64,000 nt of DNA from Obrimoposthia wandeli (GCA_977020255.1 CDROCS010000253.1:1736001-1800000); one strand, 5' to 3'. Positions 23,770 through 33,901 are shown, counted from the stretch's first letter. The notes: generated by a model not told the origin, from the letters alone. Translations and numbers: made by a program.

Positions 23770-25098
23770 GTGCAAGAAATAATTGTCGATGGCGGTGATA
23801 TTGAATTTTTTACCACGCCTAAAGAGTATAAGCAGCAGTTGTTGTTACTAATTGAGGGTGCGCGTCAGCGTATTTTCATTACTGCCTTGTATTTACAAGA
23901 TGATGACGCGGGTAGAGAAGTCCTCCACGCGTTATATCAAGCTAAAGCAAACTTTCTCGAGATGGAGATTAATATCTTTGTCGACTTTAATCGTGGTCAA
24001 CGCGGTTTAATTGGTGAAAAGGCTAGCTTAGGTAACCGTGCACTGTACTTGAAACTAGCACAAGACTACCCGCAAACAATCAACATTTATGGTGTTGCAG
24101 TAAAGCGTAAAGAAGTCTTTGGCGTTTTGCACCTAAAAGGCATGGTCTTCGATGACAAGCTTTTCTATACTGGCGCAAGTATTAATGATATTTATCTACA
24201 CCAAGGTGAACGCTATCGTTTAGATCGCTACTGCACGATCAATAGTGCTGCATTAGCGAATAGTTTTTGTCATTACTTATCGGATACTTTTATTGATTCA
24301 GGCCTAGCACCATTGCTTAATATAGAATGGTTACCTGATGCAGTCGAGCAAAAGAAAAATCTCGTAGCCTTAAAAGTTCAGTTAAAAAAGGCTCATTATA
24401 CCGTTGCTCAGCAACAAGGTCTTAATCAATCAAAGTTAGTGAGTGATAAAGCGTTTATTACGCCGCTAGTAGGTTTTGGTCGTCGTAAAAACCAGCTTAA
24501 TCAAACGACTCGTCATTTAGTGCAAAAAGCGACTAATAACATGGTGCTTTTCACGCCTTACTTTAATCTGCCTCATCCTCTTGCTAAAGATGTTATTAGG
24601 GCTTTAAAACGTGGTGTTAAAACTACTGTGGTTGTGGGTGATAAGACGGCTAATGATTTCTTTATTGGCAACAATGAAGACTTTAGTACTATCGGCATCA
24701 TTCCCTACGTTTATGAGATGCTACTTAAGCGCTTTGTAAAGCGTTATCAAAATTTTATCGATAAAGGTCTATTAAATATTCACTTGTGGAAAGATAAAGA
24801 TAATAGCTTTCATCTCAAAGGTTTACGCGTTGATGATCGCTACCATTTGATCACTGGCAGTAATTTGAACCCGCGTGCTTGGGCACTCGATTTAGAAAAT
24901 GGTTTACTTGTTGATGATGTCAGTAAGCACTTTTTACAAAAAACGGATGATGAATTACTCGGTATTTTAGTAAATACCACTAAAGTGTCACATTTCTCTG
25001 ATATTGAATCGGTAGAAGACTACCCAGAAAGACCACAGAAGTTATTGAAAAAAATACGTGTTGCTCAAATCGACAGAGTATTGAAGCGATTTTTGTAG
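23770..25098 (+). CDS. pssA: Phosphatidylserine synthase, PLD-superfamily type
   Basis: Two HKD motifs (HLKGMVFD, HLKGLRVD); QRGLIG; GDKTANDF. Confidence 0.95.
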   Translation: MQEIIVDGGDIEFFTTPKEYKQQLLLLIEGARQRIFITALYLQDDDAGREVLHALYQAKANFLEMEINIFVDFNRGQRGLIGEKASLGNRALYLKLAQDYPQTINIYGVAVKRKEVFGVLHLKGMVFDDKLFYTGASINDIYLHQGERYRLDRYCTINSAALANSFCHYLSDTFIDSGLAPLLNIEWLPDAVEQKKNLVALKVQLKKAHYTVAQQQGLNQSKLVSDKAFITPLVGFGRRKNQLNQTTRHLVQKATNNMVLFTPYFNLPHPLAKDVIRALKRGVKTTVVVGDKTANDFFIGNNEDFSTIGIIPYVYEMLLKRFVKRYQNFIDKGLLNIHLWKDKDNSFHLKGLRVDDRYHLITGSNLNPRAWALDLENGLLVDDVSKHFLQKTDDELLGILVNTTKVSHFSDIESVEDYPERPQKLLKKIRVAQIDRVLKRFL

Positions 25099-25195
25099 TC
25101 TCTATTCATTGAAGAAAAAATACTGTTTACTGCTAATGGCTAATGGCTAACGGTTAAAAGGTTCGTTGTTACAAGGGCTTCTTGTTAAAGGGAAA

Positions 25196-27004
25196 CTAGA
25201 AAGATTTCTTTGCCTGTACTTTAATTTCAAAACGGTTAATCTCAGGATTATCACTTTGCGGAAAGGCAAAGTCGATATGAATGATGGGATGGTTACCGCC
25301 GGAATGAGGTGAATGTAATCTCAAACCAATTCCTGTAGAGCCTAGCCAACCCTCTTCTATGTTCTTAACCGTTGATTCACCATAAGTACGACCTGCATCG
25401 ACAAAAGCCACACCGGCTAAATCAAATAGTTTAAAAATATTAATTTCAGGGTAGTACCTGATTTCAGAAGTGACTTTAATGCTATTTTTCCCGTGTTGAT
25501 ATTGCAGTGGGAAACCGCGTAAACCAGTATTACCTCCCATAGTTACGGGTTGGTCAAGATATTGATTCTTACTGACAACATTGTCATTACTTAAATAAAA
25601 GCCCCACCTTTTATTTAATTGATAGAAATATTCCCCACTAAGTTTTACTAATAAACGACTATCTCTTTGTTGATAAATATCATTCGCTAGTGCTAGGTCA
25701 AGTAACAACAAAGCATTATTATGTATGTTAAAGCCTTTTTTTACTCGCATTTTCCATACCGTCCATGCTGAGTTATCTTTATTACCATTGCCGATACCAA
25801 GGCGAGAGTTAAGTTGCCAGCCATGGTTAAAATCCTCTATTTGGGTGATTAAGTGCACGTTTGTTAGTTTTCTAAAATCCTTTTCTATATATTCAAATGC
25901 AAGCCACGGGTAGAGTAAATCTCTATCTTCTGGCTTAACCGTTGTCAGTGGAATGTTTGATAAATCGCTACTCTCTTCACTAGAAAGTTCGGAGAAAGTG
26001 TCTTTATCTTGTGTTATGCCTAAACGATATCTCAGTAACCGACTGTCATCGTTAAAGTTTAGCCAAGCATAGCTACCTTCTTTAAAGCTGATATCATGGC
26101 CAAAGACACTTTGATCTTTACCATTTTGAAAAAGAGTATCGTTACGAGACTCCTCATTGAAACCTAAGTTATAAGCTGTCTTAGTATGAAAACCAGCAAA
26201 TATTTTATGTAGAAATAAACTGCGTTGTTGACCATCATCATTATCGGCAAACCGTAACTTAACTGAGGTGTTTTGCTTTTGAAAAAGAGGGATCGTGGCC
26301 AGTAGTTTGTAACCTGAACGCTGGGTATTTCGGTATGATTCAATTTCAGTGTCTATGCCTAAGCCAAGTAAATTACGCTCTTTTATACCAAAGCTATAAG
26401 TATTTATTCCTCCTTTACGGCCAAAGCTAACGGTTGGCATAAGTGACCAATTATCCCACGTGGTAATCGTAATTTTCTCTACCTCGTCATCAGTGCTAAC
26501 GTCTGCATCTCTCAGGTATTTTCTGCTACGTAAATGGCGTTCGAGTTCAGCCATATCAGCAAAGGTTTTTGTACATTTTTTGATAAAAAAATTGGCTTCA
26601 TTTTCTAGGGTGATAATTTTTGTATCAATGTGAATAGCATTGGCCCAACGATGTAAAAAAGTAATACCCTCATCGCTTTCATCGAAGATAGTTTGTGGTT
26701 TGAATATTATCTTTGGCTGACTGGTATCACACAGTATTTTTTTGTCAGAGGGGTCAAGCGCCGTTTTATCTAAATTTTGCTTACTACGTGATTCAGCATG
26801 GGGATCATTAGCAGTGTTTACGTTATTCAGAGTTTCTGTCGCTATGGCGCCACAGGAAGTAGATAACACTAAGCCAGTCACTAACAATAATAGTGGCTTA
26901 AGAATTATATTATCTCGCCAAGTAAGTGAGATTCTTTGTGCAGGGATTGGCGATATAACATAAAATTTTTTTATTTTTTTTATAGCTTTTAATAAAAATA
27001 GCAT
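25196..27004 (-). CDS. Omp85/BamA-TamA-like outer membrane protein (POTRA plus barrel); start uncertain
   Basis: ELERHLRSRKYL.DA POTRA-like; TMGGNTGLRGFP (VRGY-like loop); C-terminal Phe (...KKSF). Confidence 0.75.
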   Translation of the reverse strand: MLFLLKAIKKIKKFYVISPIPAQRISLTWRDNIILKPLLLLVTGLVLSTSCGAIATETLNNVNTANDPHAESRSKQNLDKTALDPSDKKILCDTSQPKIIFKPQTIFDESDEGITFLHRWANAIHIDTKIITLENEANFFIKKCTKTFADMAELERHLRSRKYLRDADVSTDDEVEKITITTWDNWSLMPTVSFGRKGGINTYSFGIKERNLLGLGIDTEIESYRNTQRSGYKLLATIPLFQKQNTSVKLRFADNDDGQQRSLFLHKIFAGFHTKTAYNLGFNEESRNDTLFQNGKDQSVFGHDISFKEGSYAWLNFNDDSRLLRYRLGITQDKDTFSELSSEESSDLSNIPLTTVKPEDRDLLYPWLAFEYIEKDFRKLTNVHLITQIEDFNHGWQLNSRLGIGNGNKDNSAWTVWKMRVKKGFNIHNNALLLLDLALANDIYQQRDSRLLVKLSGEYFYQLNKRWGFYLSNDNVVSKNQYLDQPVTMGGNTGLRGFPLQYQHGKNSIKVTSEIRYYPEINIFKLFDLAGVAFVDAGRTYGESTVKNIEEGWLGSTGIGLRLHSPHSGGNHPIIHIDFAFPQSDNPEINRFEIKVQAKKSF

Positions 27005-27177
27005 CGCGTACCTAAGTTAAATGTTAAATAAGTAATACTTTTATATATCATTAATTTAACTAATTCTAATATTTATGATATTCCTATAAAGTTAAGATAC
27101 TATATATTATAAGTAAAAGTAATATTTACTGTACTTAAGCGAGAGCAGTAAACTTAATAATCATAAAAAGGTTAATT

Positions 27178-27582
27178 ATGTTCAGTGAAAAAATGATGCC
27201 ACACTTTAGTGATACGGACGCTTTAGGTCACATCAATAATACAAAACCACCCGTTTGGTTTGAAGGTGGGCGAGCGCCTATTTTTAAATTTTTCACGCCT
27301 GATTTAGACATCAAAAAATGGCAACTTATCATTGCTAAAATAGAAGTCTCTTATCATGGGCAGCTATTTTATGGGCAAGAAATTGAAATTAGAACCTACA
27401 TTAGCCGAATTGGTGGTGCCTCGTTTGATGTTTATCAAGAACTTTGGCAACACGGTGAAAAATGTGTATCGGGTATAGCAGCCATGGTAAATTTTGATTA
27501 TGAAGCTCAATGCTCTAAAAAAATATCAGATTGCATTCGCGCACAACTAATCGAACACTTTATTGAATTAGAAGCATCTTAA
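27178..27582 (+). CDS. Acyl-CoA thioesterase (4HBT/FadM hotdog family)
   Basis: FSDTDALGHINN...WFEGGR. Confidence 0.9.
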   Translation: MFSEKMMPHFSDTDALGHINNTKPPVWFEGGRAPIFKFFTPDLDIKKWQLIIAKIEVSYHGQLFYGQEIEIRTYISRIGGASFDVYQELWQHGEKCVSGIAAMVNFDYEAQCSKKISDCIRAQLIEHFIELEAS

Positions 27583-27606
27583 TCAGTTTTTGAGTTTATT
27601 TGGGTT

Positions 27607-27647
27607 ATACCCGTTCTGAAAGATGGATTGTGATTGGGAACGGGTGT
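27607..27647. repeat. Short ATACCC-ended inverted-repeat element
   Basis: ATACCCGTTC ... GAACGGGTGT (9/10) with TA at both ends. Confidence 0.55.
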
Positions 27648-27928
27648 AAATATTAGTGCTATGGTACTAATCCTCTGTGATAACAATTAATTAGTAGGCA
27701 AGATCACTGTCGTGTTTTTACACTATTATTTCCATGTCATTTGGTTAGATATTTTTAAAAGATAATAAAATAAAATAAATGTGCTTTTAACAAAAAATCA
27801 CTCGAATTTGATCGCCGCTCACTATAGAATTACCCCCTTAAACTAAATTTCAAAGATACCCTTTCTCTCTATTTAAATAGATAAAGAAGTGGCGTACGTC
27901 TTAATAGCTCAATTAATAGGATATTTTC

Positions 27929-28597
27929 ATGGCGGGTGTAAATAAAGTAATCATAGTAGGTAACTTAGGTAAAGATCCTGAGGTACGTTTTATGCCAAAC
28001 GGTGGTGCAGTAGCAAATATTACTGTAGCAACGTCAGACTCATGGAAAGATAAACAAAGTGGTGAGCAAAAAGAAAAAACAGAATGGCATCGTGTTGTTA
28101 TGTTTGGCAAGCTTGCTGAAATTGCTGGTGAATACTTGAAAAAGGGTTCAAAAGTATATCTTGAAGGCTCTTTGCAAACGCGTAAGTGGACCAACCAACA
28201 AGGTCAAGATCAATACACAACTGAAATAGTATTACAGGGCTTTAATGGCGTAATGCAAATGTTAGATGGTAAATCGTCTCAAGGGCAGCAACAAGGTGGT
28301 GGTTTCTCTAATCAAGGGCAACAACAGTCAGGCGGTTTCTCTCAGCAACAAGCGCCAGCTCAACAAGGTGGTTTTGCTCCACAACAGCAAACACCAGCAC
28401 AGCAGGGTGGTTACCAGCAGCAAGCGCCAGCTCAACAAGGTGGTTTTGCTCCTCAACAAAAAGCACCAGCACAACAAGGTGGTTTTGCTCCTCAACAACA
28501 GGCACCAGCACAACAAGGTGGTTATCAGCAGCAGCAAGCCCCTAAAGTGAACCCACAAGAGCCATCAATTGATTTTGATGATGATATTCCGTTCTGA
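27929..28597 (+). CDS. ssb: Single-stranded DNA-binding protein with long Q/G-rich linker
   Basis: [24 protein letters not shown]-terminal DFDDDIPF. Confidence 0.99.
   Translation: MAGVNKVIIVGNLGKDPEVRFMPNGGAVANITVATSDSWKDKQSGEQKEKTEWHRVVMFGKLAEIAGEYLKKGSKVYLEGSLQTRKWTNQQGQDQYTTEIVLQGFNGVMQMLDGKSSQGQQQGGGFSNQGQQQSGGFSQQQAPAQQGGFAPQQQTPAQQGGYQQQAPAQQGGFAPQQKAPAQQGGFAPQQQAPAQQGGYQQQQAPKVNPQEPSIDFDDDIPF
28351..28540 (+). repeat. Coding tandem repeat in the SSB linker
   Basis: Five PAQQGG(F/Y) units of 33-39 nt. Confidence 0.9.
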
Positions 28598-28621
28598 CCG
28601 GAATATTTATAGAATGTAAAG

Positions 28622-28648
28622 AAAGGTGAGCGAAAGCTCACCTTTTTT
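28622..28648 (+). terminator. ssb terminator
   Basis: AAAGGTGAGC-GAAA-GCTCACCTTTTTT. Confidence 0.92.
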
Positions 28649-28662
28649 CGTTTTAAAATCAA

Positions 28663-28821
28663 CATGCCTATGTAGTTAGCTCAGGAGTTCATTAATTTCG
28701 TCATCTTCGAAGTGTCTAGTCGAAGATCCATTGTCTGGCGTTTTGGATTCCCGACAATATATCTCGGGAATGACGGTATTTAACAATATTGTCTCTTTCC
28801 TGATTGATCTACATAGGCATG
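28663..28821. mobile_element. Composite repeat: outer inverted repeat enclosing a CGTC doublet (28699-28775)
   Basis: CATGCCTATGTAG (28663-75) / CTACATAGGCATG (28809-21), extended by TCAGGA / TCCTGA. Confidence 0.75.
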
Positions 28822-28849
28822 AAAATCAATGATTATGATTTTTCTTGAA

Positions 28850-29319
28850 GATGTTAAGCCATGTCATCATAGCTTTATTAAATTCGCCATAACGGTGGCC
28901 GTAGTCGTCAAATACAATAAAACCTTGCATTTAGCTCGCTTGATTAATAATGTGCCCATTAACGAAGGCATACGATCTTTTGGTTGGCCAATATATAATA
29001 ATCCCATATATGCAGTTAATCCCGGTATACCTAGCACTCCCAGTGCATAAGATCGGTTTGAAATATCATTACCTAACTTAAGTAAGTCAACGCCATTAAT
29101 CCTGCCAACCACCGAAAGAGACAACTCAATCTCCTTGTTGGTCATCAGCGTGTTTTGACTCTTCTATTCTACAAACAGTGCCTCCTACCATTACCTCATT
29201 TAATACTACGGGATCGGCGTAATATTTGCTTCATTCATGCGTCCCCTCATATAAGGATCTAATGAAAGATATACCGTACGTAATAATACTTGTCGATTTA
29301 CTTGTTTGTTTTGATTCAT
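28850..29319 (-). pseudogene. curA: Eroded NADP-dependent oxidoreductase (CurA/YncB, MDR family)
   Basis: Across frames: MNQNKQVNRQV|LLRTVYLSLDPYMRGRMNEA~YADPVVLNEVMVGGTVC...GD*VVSFGGWQD~NGVDLLKLG...LGIPGLTAYMGLLYIGQPK|DRMPSLMGTLLIKRA~MQGFIVFDDYGHRYGEF. Confidence 0.92.
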
Positions 29320-29501
29320 CAATAATTTTCTTGTTAAAAATTAGATTCACATAGCAAATGTAGAAGTAAATAAAAGCTATGTAGTTAAAGAGTCGGCACT
29401 AAAACTTAATAAGAGAAACTCTCTCAATAAACTAAGTGCTACAGGCGTAGTTATTAGCGATTTAATTGTCTAATTAACTTTTCGACGATTAAGGCTGAAT
29501 T

Positions 29502-29833
29502 AAGTGGGTGATAGGTTTTGGTATTATTGGTACATTAGCGGGCATTATTTACAGTAAAAAAAATGCCACTTCGGTTGCCTGTTATTCGATGCTCTGGTGC
29601 TATGATGGTACTGACTATTATTGGCGTATCTTTTAGTTGCAGAGTTTGGTTACAAACCCTATCTGCCATTGTGCTAGGATTTTTTATTTTCTTTCCTATT
29701 ACTGCGCGAGTTTCTATTCCCATGCGTTGCCTAAAATGATAGGCAACGTATTACCATAGTATTTAGTTTTTTCTTGCCTGAAACGGGTAAGGTTAAAGAA
29801 TTAACAATCAAGGATAAATTATGCGCGGAATAA
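29502..29833 (+). pseudogene. Remnant of an MFS transporter C-terminal half
   Basis: VIGFGIIGTLAGIIYSKK~MPLRLPVIRCSGAMMVL...LGFFIFFPITARVSIP~HALPKMIG~RITIVFS|FFLPETGK; stop overlaps the esterase start. Confidence 0.75.
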
Positions 29834-30792
29834 TATCTCCCAAGTTAGTACCACTTCTTGAGCAAGCAAATATTGCCATTGCTACGGCCAAAGCAACAGG
29901 ACAGGCCTTTAGTGCTGAATTAGTTAGAGAGGGCTTAGATAATTTATCAGCACTCATTGGTTCAGGGCCAAATATTGCTATAGTAAAAGATGCTTCCTTA
30001 GCGACCTCTAGCCATAATATTCCAGTTCGTATTTATAATCCCGCGCCTAATGAAGTATTGCCAGTATTATTGCATTTTCATGGCGGCGGACATATGTGTG
30101 GCAGTGCCGATTTATATGATCCCATTAGTCGTAAACTCGCGCTTGCTACTCAGGCTATTGTTATTTGTGTTGATTATCGATTAGCACCTGAATACCCATA
30201 TCCAGCAGGCTTGGATGATTGTCAGGAAGTACTCGAACGCTATCAAAGCTTACTGACAAATATGAAATATAGTGATGAACTTTATATTGCTGGTGATAGT
30301 GCTGGCGGTGCCATCTGTACTAGTTTAGTGATGAATAACTTAGCTAATGAAGAAACTAACGACTCGGTAAAAGTTGATAAGCAAATTCTGATTTATCCAA
30401 GTGTGGATTACACCATGGTTAGCGCTTCTATTGATGAAAATGGCCAAGGATTTTTATTAGAAAAAGATAAGATTCAATGGTATTTTCAGCAGTACTTTCA
30501 AGTAAGTAGCTCTGACCAAGACGAGGTTACGCAAGCTAAAATAGTGAAAGCATCTCCATTGCTCGGTAAATTTTCTGCAAATATGCCAACAACCTTAGTT
30601 ATTACCGCAGGATGTGACCCGCTAAGAGATGAAGGTGTCGCTTATGCTAAATCGTTGGAAGAGGTTGGCGTAGGTGTTGAACACTATTGCTTTGCCGGAA
30701 TGACTCACGCCTATATGTTGCTAAATGATTTAGTTGGCGATGAATGCCAACAAACTTATCAGCTCATTGGACAATTTGTTAAAGCTGATTAA
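29821..30792 (+). CDS. Alpha/beta hydrolase, HSL/Aes-type esterase
   Basis: HGGG oxyanion motif, GDSAGG nucleophile, CDPLRDEG, GMTH. Confidence 0.93.
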   Translation: MRGIISPKLVPLLEQANIAIATAKATGQAFSAELVREGLDNLSALIGSGPNIAIVKDASLATSSHNIPVRIYNPAPNEVLPVLLHFHGGGHMCGSADLYDPISRKLALATQAIVICVDYRLAPEYPYPAGLDDCQEVLERYQSLLTNMKYSDELYIAGDSAGGAICTSLVMNNLANEETNDSVKVDKQILIYPSVDYTMVSASIDENGQGFLLEKDKIQWYFQQYFQVSSSDQDEVTQAKIVKASPLLGKFSANMPTTLVITAGCDPLRDEGVAYAKSLEEVGVGVEHYCFAGMTHAYMLLNDLVGDECQQTYQLIGQFVKAD

Positions 30793-30966
30793 GATAAAGT
30801 GACGTTATCAATCCAGATGTATGCTTCAAAGTGGTTGAGTAATTTCAATTTTAGACGCTGTAATGAAATAATGGTTATTCAGGTGAATATGCGCAGGATC
30901 ATTGCTCCTGCATTATCTAATAAGGTACTTCCTGTACTGTGATTATAAGTCACAGCAATGATGATG

Positions 30967-31137
30967 TTATTTTGAGTTTTCCTCTACTTTAGCTTGCTGA
31001 TCTTTGATTTTAGCTTCTTTAATACGCCATTTTTGTAATTCGGCGTAATAGTGATCCCAAACACAAGGATTACAGGCACCACCACCACAACAATCATCAT
31101 CTGCAGGTGCTATCGGTTTTTCATGGGAATTCGACAT
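30967..31137 (-). CDS. 56-aa oxidoreductase-like-domain protein (absent from the ORF track)
   Basis: MSNSHEKPIAPADDDCCGGGACNPCVWDHYYAELQKWRIKEAKIKDQQAKVEENSK; P..DDCCG..C.PCV.D.Y motif. Confidence 0.85.
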   Translation of the reverse strand: MSNSHEKPIAPADDDCCGGGACNPCVWDHYYAELQKWRIKEAKIKDQQAKVEENSK

Positions 31138-31192
31138 ATAATTTTCAACTCAAAATAAGTGGAGTTTTTACTAATTCTTATGATGCTAGAAT

Positions 31193-31227
31193 AACAAAAA
31201 AGCTCTGCATTTGCAGAGCTTTTGTTT
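31193..31227 (-). terminator. accC terminator
   Basis: AACAAAAAAGCTCTGC-ATTT-GCAGAGCTTTTGTT. Confidence 0.8.
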
Positions 31228-31247
31228 ATTACTTACTAGAGAATTTG

Positions 31248-32594
31248 TTAGTCAAGTTCAGCTAACTTGTGCTCTAAATAATGGATGTTAGCACCACCAT
31301 TAACAAAACCCTGATCATTTAAAATATCTTGATGCAAAGTAATGTTAGTTTTGATGCCATCAATCACTAACTCTGATAAAGCGTTACGCATACGCGCAAT
31401 TGCTACATCACGGTTATCGCCCCAAGTAATTAGCTTGCCAATCATAGAGTCATAATGTGGAGGAACAGAGTAATCAGCATAAATATGAGAATCCCAACGT
31501 ACGCCTAAACCACCTGGTGGGTGGAAACGGGTAATTTTACCCGGTGAAGGAATGAAGGTACGAGGATCTTCAGCATTAATACGACATTCAATAGAGTGAC
31601 CTGCAATCTTGATGTCATCTTGGGTATAAGATAATGGTTGGCCAGCAGCAACACGAAGTTGCTCTTTGATCAAATCAACACCGGTGATCATTTCAGTTAC
31701 TGGATGTTCAACCTGAATACGGGTATTCATTTCAATGAAGTAGAATTCACCATTTTCATACAAGAATTCAAAAGTACCAGCGCCGCGGTAGTTAATGTCA
31801 ATACAAGCTTTACAACAACGCTCACCAATTTTAGCGCGCATTTCAGGGGTAATACCCGGTGCAGGAGCTTCTTCTACTACTTTTTGATGACGACGTTGCA
31901 TTGAACAATCACGTTCACCTAAGTGAATTGCAGCACCTTTGCCGTCAGCCATTATTTGAATTTCAACATGACGTGGGTTTTCAAGGAATTTTTCCATGTA
32001 AACCATATCATTTTTGAATATTGTGCCAGCTTCTTTTTTGGTTAAAGCAATTGACTCTACCAATTCTTCTTCGCTGCGCACAACGCGCATACCACGACCA
32101 CCGCCGCCACCAGCAGCTTTAACGATAATAGGATAACCAATGCGTTTAGCATGGGCTTTGTTTGCTGCTTCATCATCATTTAATGGGCCGTCAGAACCAG
32201 GTACACATGGCACACCAGCAATTTTCATTGCTTTGATAGCTTGAACTTTATCACCCATGATACGGATGCTTTCTGCTTTTGGACCGATAAAGGCAAAACC
32301 AGAGTTTTCAACTTGCTCGGCAAAATCAGCATTCTCAGCAAGAAAACCGTATCCAGGATGAATAGCGACTGCATTAGTCAATTCAGCTGCAGTAATAATT
32401 GCAGGAATGTTAAGGTAACTATCAGGTGCTGGTGCTTTACCAATACAGATGGTTTCATCAGCTAATAATACGTGTTTAAGGTTTTTATCAGCAGTTGAAT
32501 GAACCGCTACCGTTTTAATACCTAACTCTTTACAAGCACGCAATATTCTTAAGGCAATTTCGCCACGGTTGGCGATAACAACTTTATCTAACAT
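31248..32594 (-). CDS. accC: Acetyl-CoA carboxylase, biotin carboxylase subunit
   Basis: [31 protein letters not shown]; start trimmed to 32594. Confidence 0.98.
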   Translation of the reverse strand: MLDKVVIANRGEIALRILRACKELGIKTVAVHSTADKNLKHVLLADETICIGKAPAPDSYLNIPAIITAAELTNAVAIHPGYGFLAENADFAEQVENSGFAFIGPKAESIRIMGDKVQAIKAMKIAGVPCVPGSDGPLNDDEAANKAHAKRIGYPIIVKAAGGGGGRGMRVVRSEEELVESIALTKKEAGTIFKNDMVYMEKFLENPRHVEIQIMADGKGAAIHLGERDCSMQRRHQKVVEEAPAPGITPEMRAKIGERCCKACIDINYRGAGTFEFLYENGEFYFIEMNTRIQVEHPVTEMITGVDLIKEQLRVAAGQPLSYTQDDIKIAGHSIECRINAEDPRTFIPSPGKITRFHPPGGLGVRWDSHIYADYSVPPHYDSMIGKLITWGDNRDVAIARMRNALSELVIDGIKTNITLHQDILNDQGFVNGGANIHYLEHKLAELD

Positions 32595-32616
32595 GGAATA
32601 ACCCTTCTGGTTGGGC

Positions 32617-33069
32617 TTATTCAATGATGAATAGCGGTTGGTCAAATTCAATGGCGTCTTCATTTTTAGCTAATACTTCTTTAATAACACCAGACTTATC
32701 AGCTTCAATTTGGTTCATCATCTTCATTGCTTCAACAATACATAGTGTATCGCCAGCATTTACATGCTTGCCAACTTCAGCAAATGCTGGGGCGTCAGGT
32801 GAAGCAGAAGCATAGTAAGTGCCAACCATTGGAGAACGTACAATATGGCCAGTAATTACTGGTGTGGCCGCTTCAGCAGGAGCTGCTGCAACGGGTGCTG
32901 CCATAGGCGCTGATTGCATCATAGGAGCTGCATGCATCATAGGCGCGGCTTGCATAGCTACAGCACCACGGCTTATACGTACTGACTCTTCACCTTCAGA
33001 GATCTCTAATTCGTTGATACCAGACTCTTCAACTAATTCGATAAGTTTTTTGATTTTACGAATATCCAT
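32617..33069 (-). CDS. accB: Biotin carboxyl carrier protein
   Basis: [12 protein letters not shown]; EAMKMM biotinylation motif. Confidence 0.98.
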   Translation of the reverse strand: MDIRKIKKLIELVEESGINELEISEGEESVRISRGAVAMQAAPMMHAAPMMQSAPMAAPVAAAPAEAATPVITGHIVRSPMVGTYYASASPDAPAFAEVGKHVNAGDTLCIVEAMKMMNQIEADKSGVIKEVLAKNEDAIEFDQPLFIIE

Positions 33070-33159
33070 TGGGACACCTTAATTTGGGTTACTAAAAATA
33101 ATATTTTATAAATATAAGTTAATGATTGGTCATTAACTGTTACGGTTTGTTATTAATTC

Positions 33160-33621
33160 TTACTTATCTACTTTCGTTTTATTTAAGTAGGTGTGAGCAG
33201 CATCAAGGGCAAAGCTATAACCTTGCGCACCAAAGCCGCATATAACACCTGTGGCAATATCAGATAAATAAGAATGTTTCCTGAAAGCTTCACGAGCATG
33301 CACATTCGATAAATGTACTTCAATAAAAGGTATGGCAACAGAAAGTAAAGCATCTCTTATCGCAACACTTGTGTGTGTAAAAGCGGCAGGGTTGATGATG
33401 ATAAAGTCTACTTGTTGGTAGCCATGATGAATAGCGTCGATTAATTCATGCTCAGCATTTGATTGTAGGTGTTTTAACACAATATGTTTTTGATTCGCTT
33501 GCAAACTTAGTTCAGCTATAATGTCTGCTAGGCTTTGATTACCATAAATAGTAGGCTCTCGTTTACCAAGCATATTTAAGTTTGGGCCATTTAACACTAA
33601 AACTGTAAACTTTGCGCTCAT
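33160..33621 (-). CDS. aroQ: Type II 3-dehydroquinate dehydratase
   Basis: [15 protein letters not shown]; [10 protein letters not shown]; EVHLSN. Confidence 0.97.
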   Translation of the reverse strand: MSAKFTVLVLNGPNLNMLGKREPTIYGNQSLADIIAELSLQANQKHIVLKHLQSNAEHELIDAIHHGYQQVDFIIINPAAFTHTSVAIRDALLSVAIPFIEVHLSNVHAREAFRKHSYLSDIATGVICGFGAQGYSFALDAAHTYLNKTKVDK

Positions 33622-33762
33622 CTTCTGTTAAAACTCATTAAAAATTAACTGACGCTAATAATTACACAAAATAGCGTCGCTGTGAATAAAAAAAGCATCA
33701 TTTCTTTATTTTTTTTGTTATTGGCGATAATGATTGTGTTTTCGAAGAATATAGCAGCAAAG

Positions 33763-33779
33763 TACTGGTCAAACCTCTT
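33763..33779. promoter_or_regulatory. Candidate FadR-type site upstream of aroQ-accBC
   Basis: TACTGGTCAAACCTCTT; left half matches ACTGGTC, right half degenerate. Confidence 0.4.
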
Positions 33780-33901
33780 TTGGGTGCAGGTAGATGTTGA
33801 TTTTTTGTTTATTTGAGCTATTATTATGAAGATATTTTTATTATTACATTGATTTTAAAAAGTTTTTTACATTTATTCGGTTTCATTATAAGGGATCCCT
33901 T

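Noticed and set aside
28266-28558. Overlapping repetitive ORFs and a possible CRISPR-like array
   Set aside because: These are the coding repeats of the SSB linker; there are no unique spacers and no cas genes.
28867-29145. 92-aa ORF as a real small protein
   Set aside because: Chimera of shifted frames within the curA-like pseudogene.
29535-29723. 62-aa minus-strand ORF
   Set aside because: Antisense to the MFS remnant; no motif.
30800-30960. Possible gene remnant between the esterase and the 56-aa gene
   Set aside because: Translations in all frames gave no recognisable family.
32595-32663. N-terminal extensions given by the track for accC (also prpE, mesX, mscS, cfrX, parD)
   Set aside because: They overlap upstream genes or terminators, or lack an RBS; downstream ATGs match family N-termini.
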